DNA from: Laetmonice hystrix
Lineage: Eukaryota
DNA length: 64,000 nucleotides
NCBI GenBank assembly: GCA_965235115.1
Contig: OZ249436.1
Coordinates: forward strand, 26,724,001 to 26,788,000
Reading direction: 5' to 3'
Under the pieces are notes generated by a model that was not told the origin of the DNA, searched no databases, and saw nothing but the letters and a program-made list of their open reading frames with translations. Positions 41,301-53,220 of this stretch are shown in pieces. Every line of letters starts with the position of its first letter. The first letter of the stretch is position 1. Both the position numbers and the translations under genes were made by a program.

Positions 41301-44122
41301 GGGCGCCCAGCGGCCGGCCGTGATTACACGCAGTGCTCACACTGTCCCATTTTGATGACCGATCGTTCAATAACGCTGCCCCGCAATGTGCTGTTGCAGC
41401 CTTCAGGGCGACCAACCAACCACTCCTGCTACCGTCTATACACGTCTGCAGACCAACTCTAACGGCGGCCTGTTGCGAGTACTGAGTTCGGAAGCTGCAC
41501 GAGGGAGGGGGGAGGGGAAGTGTAAAGTCATTTCCCCCATGCGCTACAAGGCAAAGAGTTCCCTTTGTCAGCAGTTCCCAAGGGTGACATGCTTATGTAA
41601 ACGTTAGTGGAAATTCCACTCCCGGGCCTGACTTAAGCCGACCTAGAGTGATTTTCTTATGGCCTTTCAGGGGCCGCTGTTTCCGATAAAGCTTTTTTGG
41701 GCATGGCTGACGTCAGGGTTTTGCAGTTGAGGTGCAGGGACAGGCAGAGAAAAGGAAGTAAGTAGGCAGGGTGTTTTCGTGGAGTAATTAATCAAGTTGA
41801 CCGTTGCATGTGGAATCACGTCGTCTCGCCAACCCAAGAGCCGTATTTGTGAACCGCTAAATCGTCCCCCGGAGAGGACCTTCTCCCTCCAATGGCGACA
41901 GAATCTGGTGCCTTGCTCCAGAAGATGATGGGCTTCGCGTCAACCGTCGACCTCCCTGTCAGTCGTGTATTGGTTTCTGATTCCATTTTAAAGAAGTGGA
42001 AAGTATCGCCTTAGACAGTCGGCCGGAGCAGGCGTCCGCTGCATGCGGTCTAAGCCCATATACAATCGTCGGGGCTAATCGGGGCCACATGCCACTCTGT
42101 CCAACAAACCGCGAGTGGAGTGGAGGGGGGAGTGCATGGTCGAGCCAATCCCCGATCAATCCCAACGCCTGACACCAGCCGGCCGTCCAGCCGCCCGTCT
42201 GACCCGCTCTGAGTCCGGTCTGCCGGGTTAGTGAGTGGATCTTCCCGGTCACAATGCTACATTAAATCATCGTCCGACAAGCGGCGACATTCGACCTCGC
42301 TCACAGATATCTGATTCTGGACACGGCCCGCCTGGTACCCGTGAACGGACGTCGCTTTTATAGACGGCCGCCCAACGAAGAGCAACGCTCCCACTATAGT
42401 GGAGTGGTTGACGACTTCCAATTTCGGATCTTTGTTAGCTGTCAATTCTGGCAGGCGGACGAGAGAAAATAAGGGGCAAAGATGATTCTCAGTGGCAAGC
42501 CCTACACTTAAAATAAAGTATTGGTTTCGTGCGTTCATCACTAGACGTCAACTTGAATGCCCACCGGGGTTTTTCAAAAGTTCCTGTTTATATAATAAGC
42601 AAAAGTATGCAAATTCAAAAAACTACGTGAAATCTACCTCTGTAATAGACTGGAAATTATAGTCAGTGTATTGCACTCGCGCGTTTCTTAATTGTTCAAT
42701 ATTTCCTATCAGGAAGAAGGTTTTAAATGAGAGCCAGATCTTGGTGACAGATATCATTTGCTTAATGTCCTTTGCATATGTTCTCCATAGAGTTGTGTGC
42801 GACTTTCATATAGATTTGCATCTGATCAGTTCTATCAGATTTACCCTCTTTACATCTGCATGTCAAGGACCATTAATCCTTTGCCAGCTCTTTCCAGTCC
42901 CATGTTCCAGTAATTGAGTTGCCACCTACGTGGAAATGTATTTCTCGAGAAAATTAGCTTGTCACCCAAGTGAGAAATCACTGAGCTCCAGGACATATTG
43001 GCACTGGAATAAATCGTCTTTTAGCGTTCTTTTCCAAACCAAACAATGCCTATTACTGCAATACTGAATTTGTTTGGGGGAAAACTACTGATAAATGGAA
43101 TCATCCCACGCTTTCATGCGGTAAGCTTTATGACACCATCAAAGCTACCATCTTTGTTTGTCACTGCCTTCCCTAATGGGCACTTTTTGTATACTACTAA
43201 GATGTCTTCATGAAGAGTTTTGAATTTCCCATTGCTTCCTTTTAATAGGTCAAACACATTTTTCATGCCAGTGTATTTTACTCGTGACATTAAAATCATA
43301 TTAAATGTAGGGTTGTGGTGCTTGTGCATTGTGTATCAAATCTCTCAAGGTTTTACATGCCACAAATATATGTATGTACTGTCTTTTCAGGTGATTCCGT
43401 ATTGGATTACATTAATTATTTGAATCCTCTATATTTGATAAAAACCTGTATCAAGTATGATAGGATAGACAACTCAAACCTTCTAAGTTCTGACAACCGT
43501 CATGATGATAGTAATGACCTTCCAGATAAGACTGACCCCAAAATTTCTAAAGCGTCCGCTTCAATTGCACCCGAAATGTTTGATGACCATCGGATCTCGT
43601 CAGTATTACACCCCAGATAATCCTATCAGGATTCCGAGTGGCCAAATTACGGTCACCAATGGCCGCTCAATTACAGCTCAACTGTCCGTGAGTGGAGTGT
43701 ATGGCTTCCGCGTCTGACAGACGTCATTAAGACAGCCCGGCGTCACCGAAACCGAGGCAGAGACGGCGGGCAGTTCGGGGTTAAGTAGGCAGTCTGAATG
43801 TTCCTTTAACTGTCCTCCTGATTTGAATACAATGTTATTTTTAGTAGTGTCATGACGGTCGTAAGAGTTGCTGCATGAAGTATAATAGGAGAATTGCCAG
43901 AGGTAAGAGGGTGTGTGCTAACCTAGAGTTTGATCTCGTTTCTTTGATACACTTATATGGTGAGCATAACCAAAGTTGTCGAAGTGTAACGATAAATATT
44001 TCAAACTCCTATATCAATTTTCAAATTGATATCTCAAATAGTCCTTACATGAGACCGAAATTAAAAGTGTGTCCAAATCTCCGCCATCTTTGTTCACCGA
44101 CAGCGTATAGTGGAGATCAAAG

Positions 44123-44533
44123 GGACATCGGTGGGATACACGAAGAGGACATCGGTGGGATACACGAAGAGGACATCCGTGGGATGCAAGAAGAGGACAT
44201 CGGTGGGATGCAAGAAGAGGACATCGGTGGGATGCAAGAAGAGGACATCGGTGGGATACACGGAGAGGACATCGGTGGGATACACGAAGAGGACATCCGT
44301 GGGATACACGAAGAGGACATCGGTGGGATACACGAAGAGGACATCCGTGGGATACACGAAGAGGACATCGGTGGGATACACGAAGAGGACATCCGTGGGA
44401 TACACGAAGAGGACATCCGTGGGATACACGAAGAGGACATCGGTGGGATACACGAAGAGGACATCCGTGGGATGCACGAAGAGGACATCCGTGGGATACA
44501 CGAAGAGGACATCCGTGGGATACACGAAGAGGA
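44123..44533. repeat. 24-bp minisatellite x~17
   Basis: Unit GGACATC(G/C)GTGGGAT(A/G)CA(C/A)GAAGA. Confidence 0.97.
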
Positions 44534-47516
44534 TGCAAGAAGATGTCTATTGAGTTTGAACGACTCCGGTGCTAGTCATATTTATAATAATCTTAAATCT
44601 TGGAGCTTTGTTATAAGACACCTGGGACCAGAACCCTGAACGGAAGATAAACGACCTAGTGTCCACTATTCCCCGACCTACTTTGTGATGCCACGTTTTC
44701 GGAGTCTATTTCAATGAATAGTATACATTGTTCCATAAATTGTTCCATACTTGTCTGTGAGGTCTATCTGATCATAACATGTGCATCAATTTTCAAATTC
44801 TCATAAAGATCTTGCAACCATTTTGAATTTTGCAGAAATTTCCCAAACGTTTTCCTCTCTGTCCGCCTTTCAGCTTTACCGCCTTATAAAGAACTCATTA
44901 AGTCGTGGACTCTAATCACTGGGGCACTTCATCATGTTTTATGTCACCATGCTACACCGCACTACACCGCGCTACATTAACTCGTGCTGAGAAATTCCGA
45001 ATTCTGAAATCAAAATGTTGGGAGTTCTGCAATGAGTGGATCACCTGGAAGAATGTTCCATAGAGGACAGAGATGTTCCTTCATCTACCATCTAATTTAC
45101 TACAGATGAAAAGGCATCATTTCCTCGGAGAACTCAACACCGAATGTTATCAAACGTCACGCTGTAATGCTGTCTTAGATCAGGAAAAAGGACGAGTATC
45201 TCGTTGGACTGTCAGACCTTCATGCAAGGACCAGCACCGCTAAGACCTCTTTATGATGGACTTTGATCTCCAGGTCATACATCTCAATAAAGCATCGTGT
45301 GAAACATTACTGGCCATGGGGTTTTCTGAGAGCAAGATGTAGAACCGCAAGAAAGAGGTCACAGCTAGAAATACTATCAGGTCCTATAGAAAGTATAAGG
45401 AATATTTCGGTTTTGATTCAGAAAGTTTCGCGTACAAGATGAGAATAAACCTTATTATGTCCTTCCTGAGCAAATAATTTGTTAAAGACCTTGAACGGAG
45501 CCTTAATGTCATCGTGAGATAGAGATGTTGGATGTTAAAGTAAAATTAATTATCAACAACATTTCTAGCAGAATGAAGCAGCGGATAAATCGATCTAGTC
45601 ATCACTCCAATCTATGTCAGCCACCCTTGTCATCAGGTTGTTTTAACAAATACACGAGGCAGACTAACAGCCTAGACTTTCTAATCAATTTCTGGGCTGT
45701 CTATCATATCCACCAGGCCCTTAATGTAAGCCATAAAGTTCGCGACATGGCGGTCATACTGGTAAAAAGGTCCATCACATGCCTACCATCTTGGTTCGAG
45801 AGACACGCGATAGTTCCTTCCCGTCCTCATGTAGAAGGTCATTAGAGGGTCGTATCCTATTTTCTTTTGAGTGACGGCGAGCGGCGTTCGCTGATTGATT
45901 GATTGATGGTTGGAATCTCTACGGGATAAGATCCAGGCGATTCTTGAGGACTTGAGCAACCCCTGGATGTCGCCTCACGCATGCGTGATCCGACCGAAAA
46001 CGCCCGCTTTTTGACGGGAAACCACAAGGAAGTGATGTAAGTAGGCCTGGGTTTTCAAGGGACCCAACCGCATGCAATGATCGCTGGCGGTAGTTTGAGT
46101 GAGTGAGTCGCGGCAGTTGATAAGTAGGCCGATATTTGTACACTGCAAAAATGTCTAACAGAAACTCTAGACTTCGCGCATTTCCGAAAATTAACCAATG
46201 GGCACTGGCTTCGTTATAGGTTAGCATAACCAGGAAGCACGCGCTCAAATTGTTATAAGCCCCTCTTAGGTGAACCGCCTAATCCGAGCCTATACAGATC
46301 GACGCACTTAAAATAAAATATGTACAGAAAGTCTTCCTGGCTAAAATAGTTCGATCTAGAGTGGTCTATATAGTAGAAGCCCAGTGCCTGTATATGGATC
46401 GGCCAAAAGTGATATCTTTCCGTACCCATACAATTAGTGTTCTGCAGCAAACAGGAAGTACTGCCTTCCTACTACTGCCCAGTTAGCTGGCCCCACACCA
46501 CGTGATATGTTGTTAGGCGAGCAAAGTCAGACAATGGCGATTAATAACGTCCAGCACGTGACGGTTCTCAGTTCGGCAAAACAGGAAGGTCGACGGGGGG
46601 GGGGGGAGAAAATGGTGGGGGGGGGGGGGGTAGTGGGTAGAACATCGGAAGAACGTAATCATCCGCTCGGCAGCTTAGGGTTTCTGTTTCATCAATGTTC
46701 GCGTGTTTTGTTGGGGCGGGCGTCAGAAGCAGCAGACCGCAAGCGGCGTTCTGAGTGTGGTTCAGGCGCTTCGAGACGTAACGTCAATCCCATCGCGCCT
46801 TCACCACTGGCTGTAAATTAAGGAATACATACTGTAGGAATCGGATTACCCCCAGTTTAACCTCTGCCGACCCCTCCACGCTGATAGATTGCTGGTCAAG
46901 GCCGGGAAGTTGATGGAGTCGTGGACCACGCATCCTCGTGCCGACTTATAGGTTCGGTATCGCAGTCAGCGCGGCGCATCAGGCCGGGGATGTGGGCGGC
47001 TGCCGCTAGGGGGCAGGCGATCGGCGCGGATGGCGTGCCCACGTGCGACCTCTGATAAGGGGTGCACGTAAGAATGGCGGACCTCGCCGTCCGTTGTTCC
47101 GACTGCAGGGGAAAATACCCTCCATAGAGATCAGATCAGCAGCTCTCGTGGACCACGCGTCGTGAAAAGATGCAGGAGTTTGAATGGGCCCGCTGCTTTC
47201 CGCCATGCATTCCGATCAGTGGCCCACCGGTATTGGATTTGTGGTTGCGGTCGTAAGAGACCCTCTCAGGCCTCATCACCTGCTGCCTCGACCTTATTAC
47301 AATATTGATTTAAATTCTAAAGAAATTCAGCCAAGTATCGGCGACCAGATGAGTGGTCGTGTCTAAACTGCCTTTAATATCTTCAGACAGTTGGTCTCGA
47401 GAAGAAGACACAATTCATTCTCAGGGGCGTACAGGAAGAGCGGAGCAGGGTGGTCATGCCCCCGCCCCACTTTGAAATGAGGGGGGCAGAGTATGCCCCC
47501 CCCCCACCTATGGCAA

Positions 47517-47649
47517 GCGGAATGGGTAATCTGGGAAAACAATGTTTTCCCACCTCAAAACAGTGTTTTCCCTCGGGAAACGATGGTTTCCTGAGGGGAA
47601 GCAGGGTTTCGGGTGGGAAGACATTGTTTTCCCAGTTTACCCATTCCGC
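47517..47649. repeat. ~130-bp palindromic MITE-like element
   Basis: GCGGAATGGGTAATCTGGGAAAACAATGT / ACATTGTTTTCCCAGTTTACCCATTCCGC. Confidence 0.75.
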
Positions 47650-48098
47650 ACAAGCACGTGAGTTTGTGCCGAACGAACATACGGTAAGGAAACTCATAAC
47701 GTACGTGACGTTAAATATTACGTAACTACAGTCCATCTTGTATCGTACAGACTTCTATCTGGGCCAAAATGATCCCGTAAAATATTAAATATGTTGTATG
47801 TGTACAGAAATAGCAGGTTTTATACCAACATCTCCACGTTTCTGTCTGCTTTGAGAAACTGAGAGTGTGTGCTAACTTGAAATTGTTCCTATATGAATGT
47901 CATTGCTACCTTCTTCAGTGTGCACAAATGCTTGTGGGATTGATTTAAAACGCTAAATACATCTGTTTTACATAAGATTAGGTCATAATTGCAATGTTTG
48001 TATATCTGGTATTGTAATTCGCTACTGGAATTTTTGCATAGTATTCGTCACGTACGTTCGCTCATAGAAAAGAGAGCACTTCAGTCTTCACTGTTTAA

Positions 48099-48320
48099 AG
48101 GGAGCCGTAAAATTCATTTTTTCGATTTATATATGGCAGTCTTAGAAACATATGATTCGCATACCTTGGACTCCCAGTAACATCAGGTGAGACTGTTATG
48201 ACCCAGCGACCAGTATTTAGTAAGGAAAATATGCCAAATCTCTCGCAAATACGTAGCTCAGAATTAGCGAGCGGCCCACAGGATATTTGAGTTGAGAAAA
48301 AATGAATTTTACTGCTCCCT
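48099..48320. mobile_element. Kolobok-type MITE with TTAA TSD
   Basis: TTAA|AGGGAGCCGTAAAATTCATTTTT ... AAAAATGAATTTTACTGCTCCCT|TTAA. Confidence 0.75.
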
Positions 48321-49310
48321 TTAAGGGGTATCGAAGTATTTCTACATCAAAACCATGTAATATGACTATCTCCATCTGTTGGCATTGTATAAATATCGTG
48401 TGCTTCTTGAAAGTATTCATAATAACTGTAAAACATTTCCGTCATGTACGTTCGCTACAGATAAATGGTTGTGAAATGTATACTTCCCATTTGAGTATCT
48501 TCTCCAAATTCTAACAGTAGATGCCCCTCGCCTATACCTTTCATTTCCACTACCTCACTGTACTGTTTGATTGGGTAATAGGCCAGCCAGTACCATGTAG
48601 GGACTCCTCACTGTACTGTCTGGCCTCCCCTACTGTTTGGCCTCACTGTACTGGCGGGGCGAGTGGCGAGTAGCGGGTCGAGTGACGAACTGCGAGTGGC
48701 GGGGCGAGTGGCGAGTAGCGGGGCGAGTGGCGAACCGCGAGTAGCGAGTGGCAGGGCGAGTGGCGGGGCGAGTGGCGGGTAATGGTCTTTATACCTTTCG
48801 GTTGATCGTGACAATAGAATAACGATTTGTCTGTTCGGGCTCTTTAGCACATCTGTCATAACTTGCCTTTTGTTCTGAAAGCATGGAGGTACAGTCATAG
48901 TATCAAAACCCGTGCCTGACAAATATTTGATATTATGTTCATGATACGTTTCCTATGGGTGCCCGCAACATGTGTTGGAGGTAGCGGTTGGTTTGGAGTA
49001 GGTAGAAGCACTCTATCTCCACTATGTAATATGGCTTAATGGAGTTAGCTTTCAGAATGTTCCTAAAGAGAAAATTGCAAAGCACCCACAAAATTTTCAC
49101 GTAGCATAAGGGATCAACGCCACTCCGCTACCTACACCTTTCATAAAGTAAAGTCGTTGGTGGTGAATCAGGACAATACACCAGCACCCTTACCCATCGT
49201 CTTCCTAGATTGGACGTAATCCATGTTTTGTGTCTGAGTGTCGGGGGTGGGGGAGTGCTCGTGACGTCTGTGTGCCAGTCTATGAACAATAAACACATCT
49301 GTCGCCTCTG

Positions 49311-51095
49311 CAGGTGTGATGTCTAGAATGGACCCCCCCCCCCTGATCATGGACCCCGGGGTTCCATTTGCAATAGGGAAATTGGCCCCGGGGGTCCATT
49401 TTCAAAAATTGAAAATGGGCCCTCCCTAAGAGAAATGGATCCCCTCATTTTGTGTTGTATTTTATAAATTAGGACCCACCGAACTAGCAACATTGCAAAA
49501 CCAAGAATTTGTGTTAGTTTTCCTGAAAGAAAGGTTAAAAATACTTATCGAAGAAAGTAAGATGCTGGTGGGGAAACCCCATTTAAACTGTGACAATGTG
49601 ACTATCATGGCCTCTTTCTTCGATTAAACAAGATATCAACATTTTAGCAAGAACTGTTTTCATATGTTCTCTAATGTCATGCATTCACTCTTTCAACCCC
49701 TGCAGTGCTGTTTTCACGTTGTCCTGGAAGTCGTCGGCGTCGTTTGTTGAGCCTGTAACCAATGACGCGATCGCCATTTCTGCCTGTCATAGACTGCCTT
49801 CGTTACTTTCCATATGTTTTGTTTGGGTTTCTTTTGCTGTTTTGGGGTCTCATATTGCAGTCTATCGTGTCACCAACGTAAATCCCGTCACTCATGTACT
49901 AATTTAAATCCACGGGTTTAGATTTTCTAAGGATTTCGTAGTTTTACACAGACCTCACAGAGGTACCAACCTACTCCGCTGCGCGCGCATCTTTAATGGG
50001 AAATAACAAAAACTTGGGGTTTTACCAGAGGAGGGTTGCAGCACCAGTGCTGCCGCCTACACTGAGCGATAATAGAGAACCAAAACAAACGCGCGGTTTT
50101 TGGACAGTGTCATTCAGAGGCCGCCCAAAATATCAGCTGCATTTATCGAACAAAGACGTATCAAATGAAAAGAAAGTAGCGGTTAGATTCTTCTGGGTCT
50201 ATTCTCACACCCAGTTGTTGTTTTATAGAATTTATCGGTAGTTTTTTTTTAATAATAAGTTGGGTTGAAGGGCATCGGGCCGACACTTGTTGGCCGTTTT
50301 TGTTGGAATAAAAAGCCTAACTTTGACCTGGTGCTACATTATTACTAAATCAAGCTCTAAAGATTTGTTGGTCCCCAGACATAGGCATATATTCATACTT
50401 AAAAAAAAAACCTGTTAGAGCTCAATAGAGTTTTAAACGATTGTGTACACTATTTAAATGGTATTTTATCAAACCCAACCTCAACATTGTAGGCCTAAGT
50501 CTGATGGGTTTAAGTATATATAACATGTTCCGTTTTCTGTGTCCAAAATTAAACAACTGCGGTGCGCGGCAGGACACCGACAGGCCAACTGCCAGCTGAC
50601 GGGACTTGTGCGGCCAAGTCCCGGCCAGTGATGGCTCCAATCCGGGTAGCGAATTTTGTTTTCCCCAAACAGGTTTTCCATGACGCTTGGAGTCAAATAG
50701 CCTTGGTTATTAACTCTTAGGGATTTACGGTTAGTTAGGGATAAGGATAGTGATATTCCAACACAGTTGAGAGCAAACTGTCACGTGCGTCCTACTCGGC
50801 ATTTGATTGGACGAAATGGCAAACCTGTTTGGGAAAAAAAAGTTCGCATCCGGGTAGGTAGCTGAGCGGGCGCGCCCATGCTGAGCGCGTGCGCATGGTT
50901 TGGTGGCAGCACTAGCGCTGCAACCCTCCTCTTGGGTTTTACGATGTCACGAGTTTAGCAAGTCATTGTACATTAAATTAATGTGGCAAAAACGGAGGGG
51001 GTCCATTTCTGTTAAGAGGGTCCAATTTCCGTGGATTATGGAAAATGGACCCCGTGTCAATTCTCAATGGGGGTCCAAAATCGAACTGACACCGG
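49311..51095. mobile_element. Non-autonomous DNA element with GGACCCC/GGGGTCC subterminal repeats
   Basis: Ends C(A/C)GGTGT...ACACCGG with clustered ATGGACCCC / GGGGTCCAT motifs at both ends; no TSD identified. Confidence 0.55.
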
Positions 51096-51533
51096 CAAGG
51101 TTTTAGTGACCCGCATCCGGCGTTCGCTTGTGTTAGAACGTATGCCTCGGATCAAATGGACCACAGAGACCGCTGTTCAATGTAATATGACAAGTTAGCA
51201 GCAGTCTAGGGCGTTCATGGAGACGTACCGACCACTCTAAAGTCGACTCAATACCGCGTGCCTTGAGGTATGTGTAAGTTTAGGCTACATGTGTGTGTAC
51301 CAATAATTGTGTGTACGTACACACACACATTCACACATTCACACAATAGATCAATGCATGCACAGATGGAGTGAGCGGGTAGGTGAAGTTCTGGTGTCAC
51401 GCCCTATCCATTCAGTCGTATTCACATTGGGTATTCATGTTACTGTAAGTCAAAATATAATCATGTTTCTTAAAAATGGAATGGAATATTATCATTCATT
51501 CCTTCGGTAGAAATTTCATTCGTAGGCAATGCC

Positions 51534-51968
51534 ATGAATCTCTTGAACTGTTTTATCGAGACTAACAATCTTTCCATCTGCTTCATAATCGACGACTTCC
51601 TGACGGCGTCCAGTCTGGCGACCATGGGATGTGTCCCGAGTACGACGGGCGCCATGCTCTTCCTGAAGGCCAAGGCAAGCGGCGAGTTCCAGTTCGCCGC
51701 CACCGTCTTGTCACCATCCGCCATTCGAATCTCGTGGGTCGAACCCACCGCCACGACCACGTACAACTATGTGATCAAATATCGCAGGAGGAATACGTTC
51801 GATTACCGAGCTATCCGACTCATGACGGGAGTGACGTCAGACAATCTGATTGGTTTAGCCCCGAACACGGAATACGAGATATTCATGGAACGGACGCCTG
51901 CTGACGTCACAGACGCCAAACCTCGGCGAACACCTTTGGTTATTATAAGAACTTTGTACCCTGGGTAG
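51534..51968 (+). CDS. Small protein with a single fibronectin type III domain (start 51534 or, more likely, 51624)
   Basis: LSPSAIRISWVEP...YVIKYRR...LIGLAPNTEYEIFM is a canonical FN3 pattern; acceptor TTCATTCGTAG| at 51525/51526; upstream donor TTGAG|GTATGT at 51267/51268. Confidence 0.75.
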   Translation: MNLLNCFIETNNLSICFIIDDFLTASSLATMGCVPSTTGAMLFLKAKASGEFQFAATVLSPSAIRISWVEPTATTTYNYVIKYRRRNTFDYRAIRLMTGVTSDNLIGLAPNTEYEIFMERTPADVTDAKPRRTPLVIIRTLYPG

Positions 51969-52465
51969 TATAGGCCCTAGAAAATGTCACTGCAAACTGG
52001 AGGAAACACGGGGTTTTTTTTGGAAGCGAAGCATGTAATCTCCAGAACATGGTTTATGTTCATGTGAGATATAGTCTAGATTGGTAACATGATTATTTAT
52101 TGTGCTAAATTCTTTAAATTCTCTTTCAATCACACAATCTAGAGGATACTGCCTATAATTGCACCCAATATGGGTAACCTTTTCTAATCTGCTCATGAAC
52201 AGTTCAGCGGTCCTCTGGGCGACATTTCGCCCTGAGAAACATTATCTTCATGTGACTTAAGGCTCGCCATCTGTTGTCCCCCATGTCCTCTGTAATGACT
52301 AACTATACCTCTTTCCACCCAACACTGTCCACTTTTGTTTGTGAACTTTTATGAGGAGACACTGGAATGAAAATATGCCTCGTAGTAAAAAAGTACTACT
52401 ACTTAATGAGAGTATCTCTCGAATTTCAAGTCATACGTGACGTTCCACAAAGAAATATGTCTGCA

Positions 52466-52824
52466 AGGCCTGTACCCACTAGCGCGTTTTACCGCCGCGG
52501 TCCACGCTGCGGGAAATCGCGACGCACAACGCCAAGATTGGTACAACTGAATTTCATAGAATGGTTTCCATTTGAGCGATGCGGCAAAAATACCTGATTG
52601 ACCCCGCCGCGCCGACGCACAGGGGAAAAAGCCGTTGCAAAGATAGCATTCGAAGCGATTAACCGCGGCGGTGCGTGACACCTGAAGGGGAGTGAATGAT
52701 GACCGGTATGCGTTTTCTGCCTCAGTGGGAACAGGTTGCCTAATCAGGGCCGCCGCGATTTCCCGTCGCGGGAAATCGCGGCGTTTTTGGCTGAGCGACA
52801 AAACGCGCTAGTGGGTTCAGGCTT
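52466..52824. mobile_element. Harbinger-type MITE
   Basis: TIR AGGCCTGTACCCACTAGCGCGTTTT / AAAACGCGCTAGTGGGTTCAGGCTT, followed by TTA-type flank. Confidence 0.75.
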
Positions 52825-53041
52825 TACGGTTCTCTGAGATGATCTAAAGCTCTCCTACCCTTCCATGCGGACTTGGCAGGTACAGTTCTATGGTATTATA
52901 TAACATAAATTCTAAAAGTCGCCAAATCTTATTTCGGTCACTGAAAATGAACTACTTGGCTTCCGAAACCCCTGAAGTTATTATTCAAATTTCTACGCAC
53001 ACGGTTATGCAAACTATGGTATGTGCAAATTAGAAGCTCGC

Positions 53042-53220
53042 CTGTCCGTCCAGCATGCAGCCCTGGGAGACCGTGCTCTTACCAACGTGAAGGTGGAGAA
53101 GCAGGAGAAGCGGGATGATACAGATCACGTGGTTGGTCCACAGGACGTCCATTGACGGCCAGCCTCCGAGCCATACGTCCATGTACGTCCAGACACCACG
53201 CCACGCGCTCACCACGCCAA
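53042..53220 (-). CDS. Exon of a Fuseless-family multi-pass membrane protein
   Basis: GVVSAWRGVWTYMDVWL...WTNHVICIIPLLLLLHLHVGKSTVSQGCMLDG resembles the last WRGxW repeat of Fuseless; strong acceptor TTTTTGTCCGACTTCCAG|; ends at CAG|GCGAGC or at the stop at 53030; other exons not located. Confidence 0.65.

Noticed and set aside
40972..42685. Partial matches to miR-375 (TTTGTTCGTCC, ~40972) and miR-92 (TATTGCACTCG, ~42669)
   Set aside because: Similarity stops after ~11 nt and no precursor hairpin is evident
43875..44639. 254-aa ORF with EEDIGGIH repeats
   Set aside because: Five overlapping ORFs are open across the 24-bp minisatellite; the flanks are not protein-like
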